DNA of 64,000 nucleotides from Alphaproteobacteria bacterium. GTDB taxonomy: Bacteria > Pseudomonadota > Alphaproteobacteria > SP197. Below the pieces are notes generated by a model. It was given only the letters and a program-made list of their open reading frames with translations. It was not told where the DNA came from and did not search any database. Made by a program: the position numbers and the translations under genes. The DNA lies in the NCBI GenBank assembly GCA_965228895.1, contig OZ245842.1, positions 640,001 through 704,000 on the forward strand, given 5' to 3'. Below are positions 1 through 9,781 of this stretch, in pieces (the stretch's first letter is position 1; every line of letters begins with the position of its first letter).

Positions 1-1
1 T

Positions 2-859
2 CGCGACCTCGTTATCGGCTATGACGGCAACGACATGCTGTTTGGCCGGGAGGGAGACGACCAGCTGTTCGGCGATGCCGGCAACGACAGGCTCTATGGT
101 CAGGACGGCAACGACATACTGGAAGGTGGCGATGGCAGGGATCAGCTGTTCGGCGGCGATGGAGACGACCTGCTGAAGGGTGATGCCGGCAACGACACGA
201 TCCATGGCAATGACGGCGACGACACGGCCTTTGGCGGTGCTGGCGATGACCGCATGTATGGTGGCGACGGCAACGATACGTTAATCGGCCAAAGCGGCGA
301 TGACCAGGCGTATGGCGGTGACGGCGATGATACGATCATGGGCGGATCCGACGACGACAGGCTCTATGGCGGCCGAGGAAACGATGTTGTCATGGGCGAG
401 AGTGGCGACGACGTTGTCTCCGGAGGGTCGGGCGACGACTTGGTCACCGGCGGTTCCGGTGACGATGACGTGCGTGGTGGCAGCGGCGATGACGACGTGC
501 AAGGTGGATCCGGTGACGACAAGGTTTACGGCGATGGCGGTGACGACATCGTTCACGGGGGTACAGGCGACGATATGATGTATGGCGGTTCTGGTGCCGA
601 TACCTTCGTCTTCAACGAAGGCGATGGCGCCGACATCATCATGGATTTCAGTCGCGGTTCGTCCAACGTCATCAAGGTGGATGCGGCCTTGGCATCCGAC
701 TTCTCGGATCTGGACACCACACAGGACAACGTTCTCGATGAGAACGACGATGCTATCAGTGTCAGTCGTGGCCGCCTGACCATTGACTTCGGCGAGGGTG
801 ACACCCTTACCGTCGTGGGCGTTCAGTCGCTGGCCGATGACGACATCACGTTCGGCTAG
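2..859 (+). CDS. RTX/hemolysin-type calcium-binding repeat protein, 5'-truncated by the window edge
   Basis: About 20 GGxGxDxLx nonapeptide repeats followed by a DTFVF..GADIIMDF C-terminal region typical of type I-secreted proteins; frame is open back to position 2. Confidence 0.9.
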   Translation, partial: RDLVIGYDGNDMLFGREGDDQLFGDAGNDRLYGQDGNDILEGGDGRDQLFGGDGDDLLKGDAGNDTIHGNDGDDTAFGGAGDDRMYGGDGNDTLIGQSGDDQAYGGDGDDTIMGGSDDDRLYGGRGNDVVMGESGDDVVSGGSGDDLVTGGSGDDDVRGGSGDDDVQGGSGDDKVYGDGGDDIVHGGTGDDMMYGGSGADTFVFNEGDGADIIMDFSRGSSNVIKVDAALASDFSDLDTTQDNVLDENDDAISVSRGRLTIDFGEGDTLTVVGVQSLADDDITFG

Positions 860-1110
860 CAGCGTCTGTCGTCAGAGCACGCGGGAGGGAGCTTAGCCCG
901 CCAAGGAGCGTTGTTAGGCTGCTGTACATGAAGGTGAAGGGCCGCATGCTGCGCACGTCCGTGTGGCCGCGTCCTTCGCCAGCCATAAAAAGTGGACGCG
1001 CATACAACTGAAACAATTATGCGCGGCTGCTGACACCGAACTGAAATTTCGGATCACAATCTTTCCTACCGTAGGACAACTTTTCGTGCGCTCGCCGCAC
1101 TTTCTTACGG

Positions 1111-1914
1111 ATGGAGATTGCCATGACCCATTGTAAATCAGTCCTTATCGCTCTTGTTGCCGCCGCTGGACTTTCGCTCGGCAGTGTGTCGAGCGCTCAG
1201 GCGGTACAGAGTACGTCGGAGGAGATTCCCCTCATCGAATGGGACACGACACTGGTCACGTTCCAGTTCGACAACGACAAGTTCCTCGGTCAGCGTTTCA
1301 CCGCCAAGTGCAAGCCGGCCAATGTCGACGACATGGACGAGACCGTCTATGGCACCGATGTCTATCCCAGCAACAATTCGATCTGCGTCGCCGCCGTGCA
1401 CGCTGGTCTGGTTGACCGGGACGGCGGCGTTGTCACCGTTCAGCTCAATCCCGGCGCCGAAGAGTACGTTGGCAGCAGCCGTAACGGCATTGATACACAG
1501 AGCCTGCCTGGAACACAGCGCAGCATGGTCTTTGTGACCGGACCCGAGGCTGGCGCCATCGATCAGGTGCTGCTCGACAACGTGCAGAGGATCGACTGGG
1601 ACACCAAGTTTACCCGCACAGGCCTTGCCTATGAGCAGTTGATCGGTCAGCACTTCGTCTTCAGCTGCCCGGAAGCGCCGAGCAATCTCAACTCCCGTCG
1701 GGTTGTCGGCACGGACTCCTATGCCTTTGACAGCATGATCTGCCGCGCCGCGGTCCATGCCGGTGCCATCACCACCGACGGTGGGCTGGTGACCGTCCAG
1801 ATGGATTCGGGCAAGGAGCGGCTGGTCGGCAGCATCCGCAACGGCATCGAGACCAAGGACGGCCCCGGCGGCCACCGCACGCTCTCGTTTGTCGAAGCGA
1901 CGACACAGAACTAG
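1111..1914 (+). CDS. Secreted protein with two tandem LCCL domains
   Basis: Signal peptide (..SSAQA); two LCCL motifs, VYGTDVYPSNNSICVAAVHAG and VVGTDSYAFDSMICRAAVHAG; start may be the ATG at 1123. Confidence 0.8.
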   Translation: MEIAMTHCKSVLIALVAAAGLSLGSVSSAQAVQSTSEEIPLIEWDTTLVTFQFDNDKFLGQRFTAKCKPANVDDMDETVYGTDVYPSNNSICVAAVHAGLVDRDGGVVTVQLNPGAEEYVGSSRNGIDTQSLPGTQRSMVFVTGPEAGAIDQVLLDNVQRIDWDTKFTRTGLAYEQLIGQHFVFSCPEAPSNLNSRRVVGTDSYAFDSMICRAAVHAGAITTDGGLVTVQMDSGKERLVGSIRNGIETKDGPGGHRTLSFVEATTQN

Positions 1915-1929
1915 TGTCGGGCAGCCGCG

Positions 1930-1961
1930 AAAAGGGCCGGTTTCTCACCGGCCCTTTTTTT
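1930..1961 (+). terminator. Rho-independent terminator
   Basis: aaaagggccggt-ttctc-accggccc-ttttttt directly after the LCCL stop. Confidence 0.9.
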
Positions 1962-1965
1962 GCGT

Positions 1966-2105
1966 CTAGAGCGGATCGTGCTTAGGTGGAACCGGTTGAC
2001 GGTTCCACCTAAGCACGTGAATCCGCCCTTTATCGATGAGTAGAGCAGATTCACCCGTCTTGATGGCATCGCAAAGCGATTCCATCAAAACGGGATCTGC
2101 TCTAG
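1966..2105. repeat. 140-bp CTAG-bounded double-hairpin intergenic element (CIR/RIME/MITE-like)
   Basis: Terminal inverted repeats ctagagcggatc / gatctgctctag (1 mismatch); perfect 18-bp internal stem 1977-1994/2000-2017; second imperfect hairpin 2042-2103. Confidence 0.75.
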
Positions 2106-2197
2106 GCCGTGGCAAATTGCCAAGTTGACAGTGCCGTTGACGACTTTGCCGTTGTAGAGTGAAGCCCCGAACCGGCTTCACAGAGATGATACGGCAG

Positions 2198-2980
2198 ATG
2201 GCAGGACACAACCTACTGCATGGCAAGCGCGCGCTCGTTACGGGAGCGGGAAGTGGCATCGGGCGGGCGATCGTGCACGCGTTCGCGCGTGAAGGCGCGC
2301 AGATTGCCGTCAGCGACGTCGACTTGGATCGTGCAAAGGCCGTCGCCGGCGAGATCGGTTCGGCGGGATCGCCGTTTCGCCTTGATGTCACCGATGCCGC
2401 GGAGACCAGGTCGGTCGTCGAGGCGGCTGTCGAGCAACTTGGCGGCCTGGATCTGGTGGCCGCGAATGCCGGGATTTCGACCATGAACGCTGTGGTCGAC
2501 CTGACCGAGGAGGAATGGGATGCCAACATGGCGGTCAACGCCAAGGGCGTCTTCCTGACCAACCGCGAAGCCGTGCGCCAATTCCTGGCGACGGGCACCA
2601 AGGGTGTCATCGTCAACACCGCGTCGCTTGCCGCCAAGATCGGGGCACCGTTCCTGGCCCACTACGCAGCCAGCAAGTTTGCCGTTGTCGGCTTTACCCA
2701 GTCGCTGGCCAAGGAGGTCGGCGAACATGGCATCCGCGTGAACGCTGTGTGTCCGGGCTACGTGCGGACATCCATGCAAGAGCGGGAACTCGCCTGGGAA
2801 GGCAAGCTGCGCGGGATGACGCCGGAGGCGGTCTATGACGAATACATCGCGACGACACCGCTGGGCCGCATCGAGGAACCGGAGGATGTCGCCGAGATCG
2901 TGGTCTTCCTGGCCAGCGACCTCTCGGGCTTCCTGACCGGTGAAGCGATCAACGCCAGCGGTGGCGTGTTGATGGATTAG
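2198..2980 (+). CDS. SDR-family NAD(P)-dependent oxidoreductase (polyol/sugar dehydrogenase-like)
   Basis: TGAGSGIG, NAG and YAASK motifs. Confidence 0.9.
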   Translation: MAGHNLLHGKRALVTGAGSGIGRAIVHAFAREGAQIAVSDVDLDRAKAVAGEIGSAGSPFRLDVTDAAETRSVVEAAVEQLGGLDLVAANAGISTMNAVVDLTEEEWDANMAVNAKGVFLTNREAVRQFLATGTKGVIVNTASLAAKIGAPFLAHYAASKFAVVGFTQSLAKEVGEHGIRVNAVCPGYVRTSMQERELAWEGKLRGMTPEAVYDEYIATTPLGRIEEPEDVAEIVVFLASDLSGFLTGEAINASGGVLMD

Positions 2981-3002
2981 TTCTCTTCTTTGGGGGATAT
3001 CG

Positions 3003-3812
3003 ATGGGTTGGTTGAAGGATCTGTTGGGCAGCGATAAGCCGGTCATTGCGATGGCGCATCTGCCGCCGCTGCCGGGCTCACCGCTGTATGATGCCAAGGG
3101 CGGCATGAACGCGATCGTCGATTATGTCTCGCGTGATATCGAGGCGCTGCAGGCCGGCGGCGTCGATTGCATCATGTTCGGCAACGAGGGCGATCGTCCT
3201 TATCTTCTGAAGGCCACACCGGAGAGCCTGGCAGCAATGACCTCGGCGGTCGCGGCGGTGAAGAACCAGATAATGGTGCCGTTCGGCGTCAACTATCTGT
3301 GGGATCCCGTCGCCACGGTGGCCCTGGCGGTCGCGACCGGTGCCGTGTTCGCACGCGAGATCTTCACCGGTGTCTATGATTCCGACATGGGCCTGTGGGC
3401 GCCCGATGCGGCAAGCGCCCTGCGTTTACGTCACGACCTCGGGCGCGACGACCTTAAGCTGCTGTTCAACATCAATGCCGAGTTTGCTGCGCCGGTCGGC
3501 GACCGGCCGATCGAAGCGCGCGCCAAGAGTGCCGTTTTCTCGTCACTCGCCGATGCGGTTTTGGTGTCCGGCCCCATGACCGGCCAGCCGGTTGATCAGT
3601 CTAACCTGCAGCGGGTCAAGGAAGCCGTCGGCGACACACCGGTCTTCGCCAACACCGGCTGCAACATCGACAACATCGCCGACATCCTGTCGACAGCCGA
3701 CGGATGCGTGATCGGGACCCATTTCAAGGTCGATGGCGACACCTGGAATCCTGTCGATTCCGACCGGGTGCGGCGTTTCATGGAGGTCGTGGCGAAGGTC
3801 CGCAACCCGTGA
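3003..3812 (+). CDS. BtpA/SgcQ-family TIM-barrel protein
   Basis: MAHLPPLPGSP, NEGDRPY, GVNYLWD, VSGPMTG, GTHFKVDG motifs. Confidence 0.85.
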   Translation: MGWLKDLLGSDKPVIAMAHLPPLPGSPLYDAKGGMNAIVDYVSRDIEALQAGGVDCIMFGNEGDRPYLLKATPESLAAMTSAVAAVKNQIMVPFGVNYLWDPVATVALAVATGAVFAREIFTGVYDSDMGLWAPDAASALRLRHDLGRDDLKLLFNINAEFAAPVGDRPIEARAKSAVFSSLADAVLVSGPMTGQPVDQSNLQRVKEAVGDTPVFANTGCNIDNIADILSTADGCVIGTHFKVDGDTWNPVDSDRVRRFMEVVAKVRNP

Positions 3813-5332
3813 GCCTGTTGCTCGGGCTGGATATCGGGACGACATCGACCATCGGTATTTTCATCGACACCGATGGCGTCGTCGTCGCGACGGCATCGCG
3901 TCCGAGCGAGCTGATTTCCAAGCACGCCAATTGGGCTGAGGAAGATCCTGCGCTCTGGTGGTCGAACGTCTGCGCCATCGTGCCCGAGCTCCTGGCGGCA
4001 ACGGGCGCTAAAGCTGATCAGATTGCCGCCGTCGGCGTCACCGGCATGGTGCCGACCGTGATCTTGCTGGATGAGGAGAATGAGCCGCTGCGCTACTCGA
4101 TCCAGCAGAACGATGCGCGCGCGATTGACGAAATCGACGCAATGAAAACCGCGATCGATCCCGACGACTACTTTGCGCGGACCGGCGGCAGCATCAACCA
4201 ACAGCTTGTCGCGCCGAAGCTGCGCTGGTTGGAACATCACGAACCCGACCACATGGCTCGGGCAAAAACGGTGTTGGGTTCCTATGACTACATCACCGCG
4301 CGCCTGACCGGCTCCCTTTCGGTCGAGCAGAATTGGGCGCTGGAAGCGGGGTTCCTGGATCTTGGTGGCGGCCGTCTTGATGACAGGTTGATTAACCTTG
4401 GCGGCATCACGCCAGACCACCTGCCGCCACTGCGCGCCTCCCACGATGTCGTCGGTGAGGTGACGGGGGACGCCGCGGCGCAAACCGGCTTGGCCGCCGG
4501 GACGCCAGTTGTGGCCGGGTGCGCCGATCATATCGCGTCGGCGTTTGTTGCCGGCGCATCGCGGGACGGCGATCTCGTGGTTAAGTATGGGGGCGCCGGC
4601 GATATCATGCTGTCGACAAGCCGCGCGGTCACCGATCCCCGCATGTTTATCGACTACCACATCGTGCCCGGCCTTTTTTTCACCAACGGCTGTATGGCTG
4701 CCAGCGGCAGCGTGCTGAACTGGATCGCTGCCCATCTCGCCAAGGCCGAGGCGGACGAGGCGCGGGCGGCCGGCCAGTCCGTGCACGCTTATCTGGACGA
4801 CCAGGCGCAAGCGCTGCCGCCCGGCGCCGGTGGTATTGTTTTGCTGCCCTATTTCCTGGGCGAAAAGACGCCGCTGCACGACCCCCACGCGCGCGGCACC
4901 CTGGTCGGCCTCGGCCTGCACCACGGGTTGCCCAATATCTGGCGATCCGCGCTCGAATCCGTCGCCTTCGGTTTTCGTCACCATACCGAGGTGTTTGCCG
5001 AGATGGGGCAGGATGTCGGGCGGGTTCTCGCCTGCGATGGCGGCGCGGCGAGCGATCTGTGGGTGCAGATCACGGCCGATGTTTTGGATAAACCGATCGA
5101 GCGCCTGCTGTCACACCCCGGTTCCAGTCTGGGCGCGGCCTTTGTCGCGGGCATGGGTGTAGGCGCACTCGACGATTGGGCGGCAATCACCGCCTATGTC
5201 GAGCCGGACCGGACTTTCGAGCCCGACGCCCGCAACGTTGAGATCTATCGCGATGCCTACGGTCTCTATCGCGAGACCTACGAACGGCTCAAGACGCTCT
5301 ATCCGCAGATCGGTGGTTTGCCCGCAGGCTGA
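3809..5332 (+). CDS. FGGY-family carbohydrate kinase (xylulokinase-like)
   Basis: LGLDIGTTS, PYFLGEKTP, DGGAAS motifs; GTG start overlaps upstream TGA. Confidence 0.9.
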   Translation: MSLLLGLDIGTTSTIGIFIDTDGVVVATASRPSELISKHANWAEEDPALWWSNVCAIVPELLAATGAKADQIAAVGVTGMVPTVILLDEENEPLRYSIQQNDARAIDEIDAMKTAIDPDDYFARTGGSINQQLVAPKLRWLEHHEPDHMARAKTVLGSYDYITARLTGSLSVEQNWALEAGFLDLGGGRLDDRLINLGGITPDHLPPLRASHDVVGEVTGDAAAQTGLAAGTPVVAGCADHIASAFVAGASRDGDLVVKYGGAGDIMLSTSRAVTDPRMFIDYHIVPGLFFTNGCMAASGSVLNWIAAHLAKAEADEARAAGQSVHAYLDDQAQALPPGAGGIVLLPYFLGEKTPLHDPHARGTLVGLGLHHGLPNIWRSALESVAFGFRHHTEVFAEMGQDVGRVLACDGGAASDLWVQITADVLDKPIERLLSHPGSSLGAAFVAGMGVGALDDWAAITAYVEPDRTFEPDARNVEIYRDAYGLYRETYERLKTLYPQIGGLPAG

Positions 5333-5337
5333 ACCGG

Positions 5338-6441
5338 TCAGTTGCCGGCAATCGCCTGACCGGTTTCGGCATCAAAGAAATGGGCGCGGTCGAGGTCGGC
5401 ATAGAGCTGAAGGTCGGAACCGGCGGATGCCGCGAAATCACGGCTTAGTCGCGCCGAAAGTTCCTGGCCGTTTGCCATGCTTGCGACGAGAACCACCTCT
5501 GGCCCCAAGGCTTCGACCGCGATCACATTGATCGCAATGGGGGCGTGGGCGGCGCTCGGCGGATCGACATAGAGATCCTCGGGACGAACGCCGAAGGTGA
5601 TCTTTGAACCCTTGTGGTTTGCCAAGGCCGCTTGCCGTTGCGACGGGATCGGTAGCTTGACGGGGCCAAGGTCCACCTCGTCGATGCCGTTGGGACCGCC
5701 AAGCTGGGCGTCGAGAAGGTTCATCGGCGGGCTTGCCAGGAAACCGGCGACAAAGGTGTCGACGGGGTTGCGGTAGACGTCGAGCGGCGGGCCGACCTGG
5801 ACGATTCTGCCGTCGCGCATGACGCAGATACGCTCACCCATCGTCATGGCTTCCACCTGGTCGTGGGTGACATGGACGACGGTGCGGCCGAGTTCTCGAT
5901 GGATCTTGATCAGTTCCGTGCGCATGGCCGCACGCAGCTTGGCGTCCAGGTTGGACAGCGGTTCGTCGAACAGGAAGGCCACGGGGTCGCGCACCAGGGC
6001 GCGGCCGAGCGCGACGCGCTGCTGCTGGCCGCCGCTCAGCTCCTTTGGGCGGCGCGCCAGCAGCTCCTCGATGCCCAACATGGTCGCGGTCTGCTTGATC
6101 CGCCGGTCGATTTCATCGCGCTCGACCTTGCGCAGCTTAAGGCCGAACGCCAGGTTACCGGAGACGGTCATATGCGGATAGAGCGCGTAGTTCTGGAACA
6201 CGACGGCAAGGTCCCGGTCGGCCGGATCGACGTTGTTGACGACCTTGCCGTCGATCGACATCTGGCCGGATGTGATCTCCTCAAGGCCCGCGATCATACG
6301 AAGCGTCGTCGACTTGCCGCAGCCCGACGGACCCAGAAGCACCATGAACTCGCCGTCCATGATCTCCAGGTCGATGTTGTCGACCGCCACGACATCCTGG
6401 CCGTAGATCTTGGTTATGCCCTCTAGAGTAATCTGCGCCAC
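5338..6441 (-). CDS. Carbohydrate ABC transporter ATP-binding protein (MalK/UgpC-like)
   Basis: GPSGCGKST, LSGGQQQR, DEPLSNLD, C-terminal TOBE-like region. Confidence 0.95.
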   Translation of the reverse strand: MAQITLEGITKIYGQDVVAVDNIDLEIMDGEFMVLLGPSGCGKSTTLRMIAGLEEITSGQMSIDGKVVNNVDPADRDLAVVFQNYALYPHMTVSGNLAFGLKLRKVERDEIDRRIKQTATMLGIEELLARRPKELSGGQQQRVALGRALVRDPVAFLFDEPLSNLDAKLRAAMRTELIKIHRELGRTVVHVTHDQVEAMTMGERICVMRDGRIVQVGPPLDVYRNPVDTFVAGFLASPPMNLLDAQLGGPNGIDEVDLGPVKLPIPSQRQAALANHKGSKITFGVRPEDLYVDPPSAAHAPIAINVIAVEALGPEVVLVASMANGQELSARLSRDFAASAGSDLQLYADLDRAHFFDAETGQAIAGN

Positions 6442-6453
6442 GGTGGCGAACTC

Positions 6454-7344
6454 CTATTTCAACGAACGCATGTAGCGGTAGAGGTAGGTGGTCAACACCA
6501 GGACAATGACCAGCAGCCCGACCGACATGGCCGACGCGCGTCCGATATCCAGGCCGAAGAACGCGGCGCGGTAGATGAAGTAGCTGATCAGGTCGGTTGC
6601 CGTACCCGGTCCGCCTTTCGTCATGATGAAGATGATGTCGAACGTCTTGATCGCGAAGATCAGGCGCAAGAGCAGGGCGACCATGATCACCGGCCGCATC
6701 AACGGCAGCGTGATGTGGATGAAACACCGTAGCGCGGACGCACCGTCCATCCGCGCGGCTTCATAGGGTTCGCGCGGCAGGGCAGCCAGCCCAGCCAGAA
6801 GCAGGATCGCCATGAACGATACCTGATGCCAGATGTCGACCATCACGACGGTCCAGAACGCATTCGTCGCGTTGCCCAGCCAGTTGACAGGACTGATGCC
6901 GGCAAGTCCGATCGCATAGTTGACGATGCCGAGCTCGGAATGCAGCAGCATGCGCCACAACAGGCCAACGACAACCGGGTTGACCAGAAGCGGCGCCAAC
7001 AAGATCAGGTAGTAGATCGTCTTGAAACGTTCGACCTTGTTAAGCGCCAGCGCGACCGAGAAACCGATGATGAACTCGATGACGACGGAGGCCAGCACGA
7101 ATTTGACCGTGACCCACATGGATCCCGGCAAGTACTCCTCGTCCGCCGCCTCTTCGTAGTTCTCCAAGCCGACAAAGTCCTCATGGACCGGCGTCAGCAG
7201 GGTGTAGTCGTAGAAACTGGTAAAGAGGGCAAAGATCAGCGGGAACATGATGACAAGCATCAACGCGGCAAGACCGGGCGCCGTGAGCCAATACCCAAAG
7301 CGCCGGTCCCGCCGCGCGAGCGTCAGCGTGTCAGCCGTTGCCAA
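6454..7344 (-). CDS. Carbohydrate ABC transporter permease (MalF-like)
   Basis: Hydrophobic helices, EAARMDGA loop; TTG start. Confidence 0.9.
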   Translation of the reverse strand: MATADTLTLARRDRRFGYWLTAPGLAALMLVIMFPLIFALFTSFYDYTLLTPVHEDFVGLENYEEAADEEYLPGSMWVTVKFVLASVVIEFIIGFSVALALNKVERFKTIYYLILLAPLLVNPVVVGLLWRMLLHSELGIVNYAIGLAGISPVNWLGNATNAFWTVVMVDIWHQVSFMAILLLAGLAALPREPYEAARMDGASALRCFIHITLPLMRPVIMVALLLRLIFAIKTFDIIFIMTKGGPGTATDLISYFIYRAAFFGLDIGRASAMSVGLLVIVLVLTTYLYRYMRSLK

Positions 7345-7368
7345 CGTTCTGAATCCGCTGTCTTACCG

Positions 7369-8649
7369 TTATTCCGAGATCTTGCCGTCTTTAACCAGCA
7401 AGGCTCGGAGTTCTTCTTGGGCGTCCGCCATGGCTTCGGGCACCGGTTTTTCGCCGGTCGCCGCCAGGTTCAACTCACGGCCGACTTCCTCGACGAACTC
7501 GGTCGTATAGGTGAAGACCGGGAAGTCCTGGGTGCCGGCAAGGATCTCACCCAAGATCGGATAATAGGGGCGCGCGGCCACCACATCCGGATCGGTGAAG
7601 ATCTGTGCCTGGGTCGGCGCGCCGCCCAGAAGCGCCCGCTCCTTGGCGATCTCCTGTGACTCCGCCCACTTGATGAACTCCCAAGCCGCGTCCTTGTTCG
7701 GGCTGGAATTGGGGATCGCCCAGCCCCAACCGCCATTCAGGCCACCGCCCGGATTGGGCGCGATGCCGACCTTGCCGGCGACCGTCGAGGCTTCCGGATC
7801 CTCGAATCCGGCATAGAGAATGTTGAACGTGACAAAACTATAGGCCTTGCCCTGGGCCATCACGTTGAACGCCTCGTCGAAACAATAGGCTTCCGAACCC
7901 GGAGGACTGTAGTTCTCCACGGCTTCGCGATAGTACTCCATCGCCCGGATCGCCTCGTCACTGTCGAGCAGCGGGTTCCAGTTCTCGTCGTGATAACGGC
8001 CACCCTGGGAATAGAGGTAGTTCGCCCACTGCATGGAGATGCAGTCGCCGCGCTGACCCTGGATGACAGTGCCGAAGAAGTCGCGTTCGCCGTCGCCGTT
8101 TTCGTCACGGGTGAAGAACTCGACCTGCTTCCAGTATTCGTCCCACGTCTCGGGAACCCTCAAGTCGATACCGTAGGCTTCCTTGAACGCCGCCTGTTCG
8201 GCGGGATCGTCGATCAGATCCTGACGATAGATGACGGCCATGGAGTAGTTATAGAACGGCAGCATATAGAGCGTGCCGTCGACGCGGCCGACCAGATCCA
8301 TCAGCTTGGGCACATAGACGTCGACATCGACGCCGTCGCGTGCGACCAGGTCGTCCAGCGGCATCAGCCAGCCGGCCTTGGTGAACTCGCCGACCCAATA
8401 GAAGTCAACGACGATCAGGTCGTAGCTGCCTTCCGGCGCGATGAGCTGGGGCACCAGCTTCGAATGCATGTCGATATAGCTGATCGCCTCGATCTCGACG
8501 TCGATGCCGGTTTCTTCCACGAACTGCGGCAACAGTTCCTGGATGTAACGGGTGTCCGGCACCGTTTCCATAAGGATACGGATGGTCTCCGCCTTGGCGA
8601 CACTGACGCTCAGCGCCAATGCCGCGATTACCGCTAGGACAAACTTCAT
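7369..8649 (-). CDS. Sugar/polyol ABC transporter substrate-binding protein
   Basis: Signal peptide (..VAKA), family-1 SBP motifs PETWDEY and GGWGWAIP; RBS gagga. Confidence 0.9.
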   Translation of the reverse strand: MKFVLAVIAALALSVSVAKAETIRILMETVPDTRYIQELLPQFVEETGIDVEIEAISYIDMHSKLVPQLIAPEGSYDLIVVDFYWVGEFTKAGWLMPLDDLVARDGVDVDVYVPKLMDLVGRVDGTLYMLPFYNYSMAVIYRQDLIDDPAEQAAFKEAYGIDLRVPETWDEYWKQVEFFTRDENGDGERDFFGTVIQGQRGDCISMQWANYLYSQGGRYHDENWNPLLDSDEAIRAMEYYREAVENYSPPGSEAYCFDEAFNVMAQGKAYSFVTFNILYAGFEDPEASTVAGKVGIAPNPGGGLNGGWGWAIPNSSPNKDAAWEFIKWAESQEIAKERALLGGAPTQAQIFTDPDVVAARPYYPILGEILAGTQDFPVFTYTTEFVEEVGRELNLAATGEKPVPEAMADAQEELRALLVKDGKISE

Positions 8650-8734
8650 AACTCACGTCCTCCCTGTTTGAAGTTTTGCTCCACGTGTGCCCGGCCATGG
8701 ATCGTCCCGTCCCCGGCCAGGCGAACTCGTTAAG

Positions 8735-9553
8735 TCATTTCAGCGCCCCCAGTGAGAGTCCCTTGATGAGATAGCGCCGCATGAAGGGCAGCAGGATGAA
8801 GACTGGCAGGATGGCACAGATGGTCGCGGCCGAAAGCAAAGCGATATCGACGCCGCGATGGGTCTGGAATGATGACAGACCGACTGGCAGCGTGTTGGTT
8901 GACGGCCCACTGATGATCAACGCGAACAGGAACTCGTTCCAGCTCAAGATGAAGGACAACAGGCCGGCAGCCAGGATTCCGGGCGCCGCAACCGGCAAGG
9001 TGATGCGCAGGAAAGCCTGGAAGCGCGACGCGCCGTCGATCCTTGCGGCTTGTTCCAAAAGCGCGACATCGCCTTCGAAGAAGGCCACCAGAAGCCAGGC
9101 CAGGAACGGCAAGCTGATCGTCATGTGGGCGATGATCAGGCCGGGCAATGTGTTCAGGAGCGAAGCCTTCAAGAACAACGTGAACAACGGCAGCACCAGG
9201 ATCACCGGCGGCAGCATCTGACTCGACAAAACGAACAGGCGCAGAGGCAGGCCGCCGGTGTTGTAGCGCGCGAACGCATAGGCAATCGACGCCGCCATCG
9301 GCAGCGCGATGATCGTCGCGCCAAGCGCGACCGTGACGCTGTTCAGAAAGTAGTTGAAGAACGGGTAACCGGTGAAGATCTCGACAAAATTAGCAAGGCT
9401 GGCCTGGCCCCATTCCGGCGGTATCTTATAGGCCGTCAGCTTGTCGGTAAGCGCGACGCGAAGTAGCCATAGGAGCGGCAACAGGATGGTTGCGCTGAAG
9501 GCGATCAGAACACCATGCGGCAAAAGCCATGACAACACCCCCCGACCGCGCAT
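8735..9553 (-). CDS. Carbohydrate ABC transporter permease (MalG-like)
   Basis: EQAARIDGA, SWNEFLFA, TLPVGL motifs. Confidence 0.9.
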   Translation of the reverse strand: MRGRGVLSWLLPHGVLIAFSATILLPLLWLLRVALTDKLTAYKIPPEWGQASLANFVEIFTGYPFFNYFLNSVTVALGATIIALPMAASIAYAFARYNTGGLPLRLFVLSSQMLPPVILVLPLFTLFLKASLLNTLPGLIIAHMTISLPFLAWLLVAFFEGDVALLEQAARIDGASRFQAFLRITLPVAAPGILAAGLLSFILSWNEFLFALIISGPSTNTLPVGLSSFQTHRGVDIALLSAATICAILPVFILLPFMRRYLIKGLSLGALK

Positions 9554-9781
9554 TGCCTATCCCCAAGACAAAAACAGCGTTACCGATGACCGGTGATGGT
9601 CACCAAAAAGGGCATTCCCCACGTTCACCTATCACCCCGATCCACCCCGTCGCCCGGTTCATGACACGTGCATTCAGGCGCTGGGTGATTTGCTAAATGT
9701 CAACAGGTAAGATCTCTTGTCATCCTAGCGCAATGGCAGGGCAGCACAAGGCGATACGTCACTTCTGAGGATCCAAATACG

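Noticed and set aside
2-600. 27-nt periodic repeats that could look like an array
   Set aside because: They are degenerate in-frame codons for RTX GGxGxD nonapeptides, with no identical repeats or unique spacers; not CRISPR
2110-2142. TGGCAAATTGCCA palindrome and GTTGAC repeats upstream of the SDR gene
   Set aside because: May be promoter or operator elements, but there is no cognate regulator in the module and only a weak echo (TGTCAACA near 9698), so the evidence is insufficient
9554-9781. Possible cobalamin riboswitch before the B12-dependent dehydratase
   Set aside because: I could not find the conserved GGGAA / GCCACTG / B12-box elements; an Rfam covariance scan would settle it
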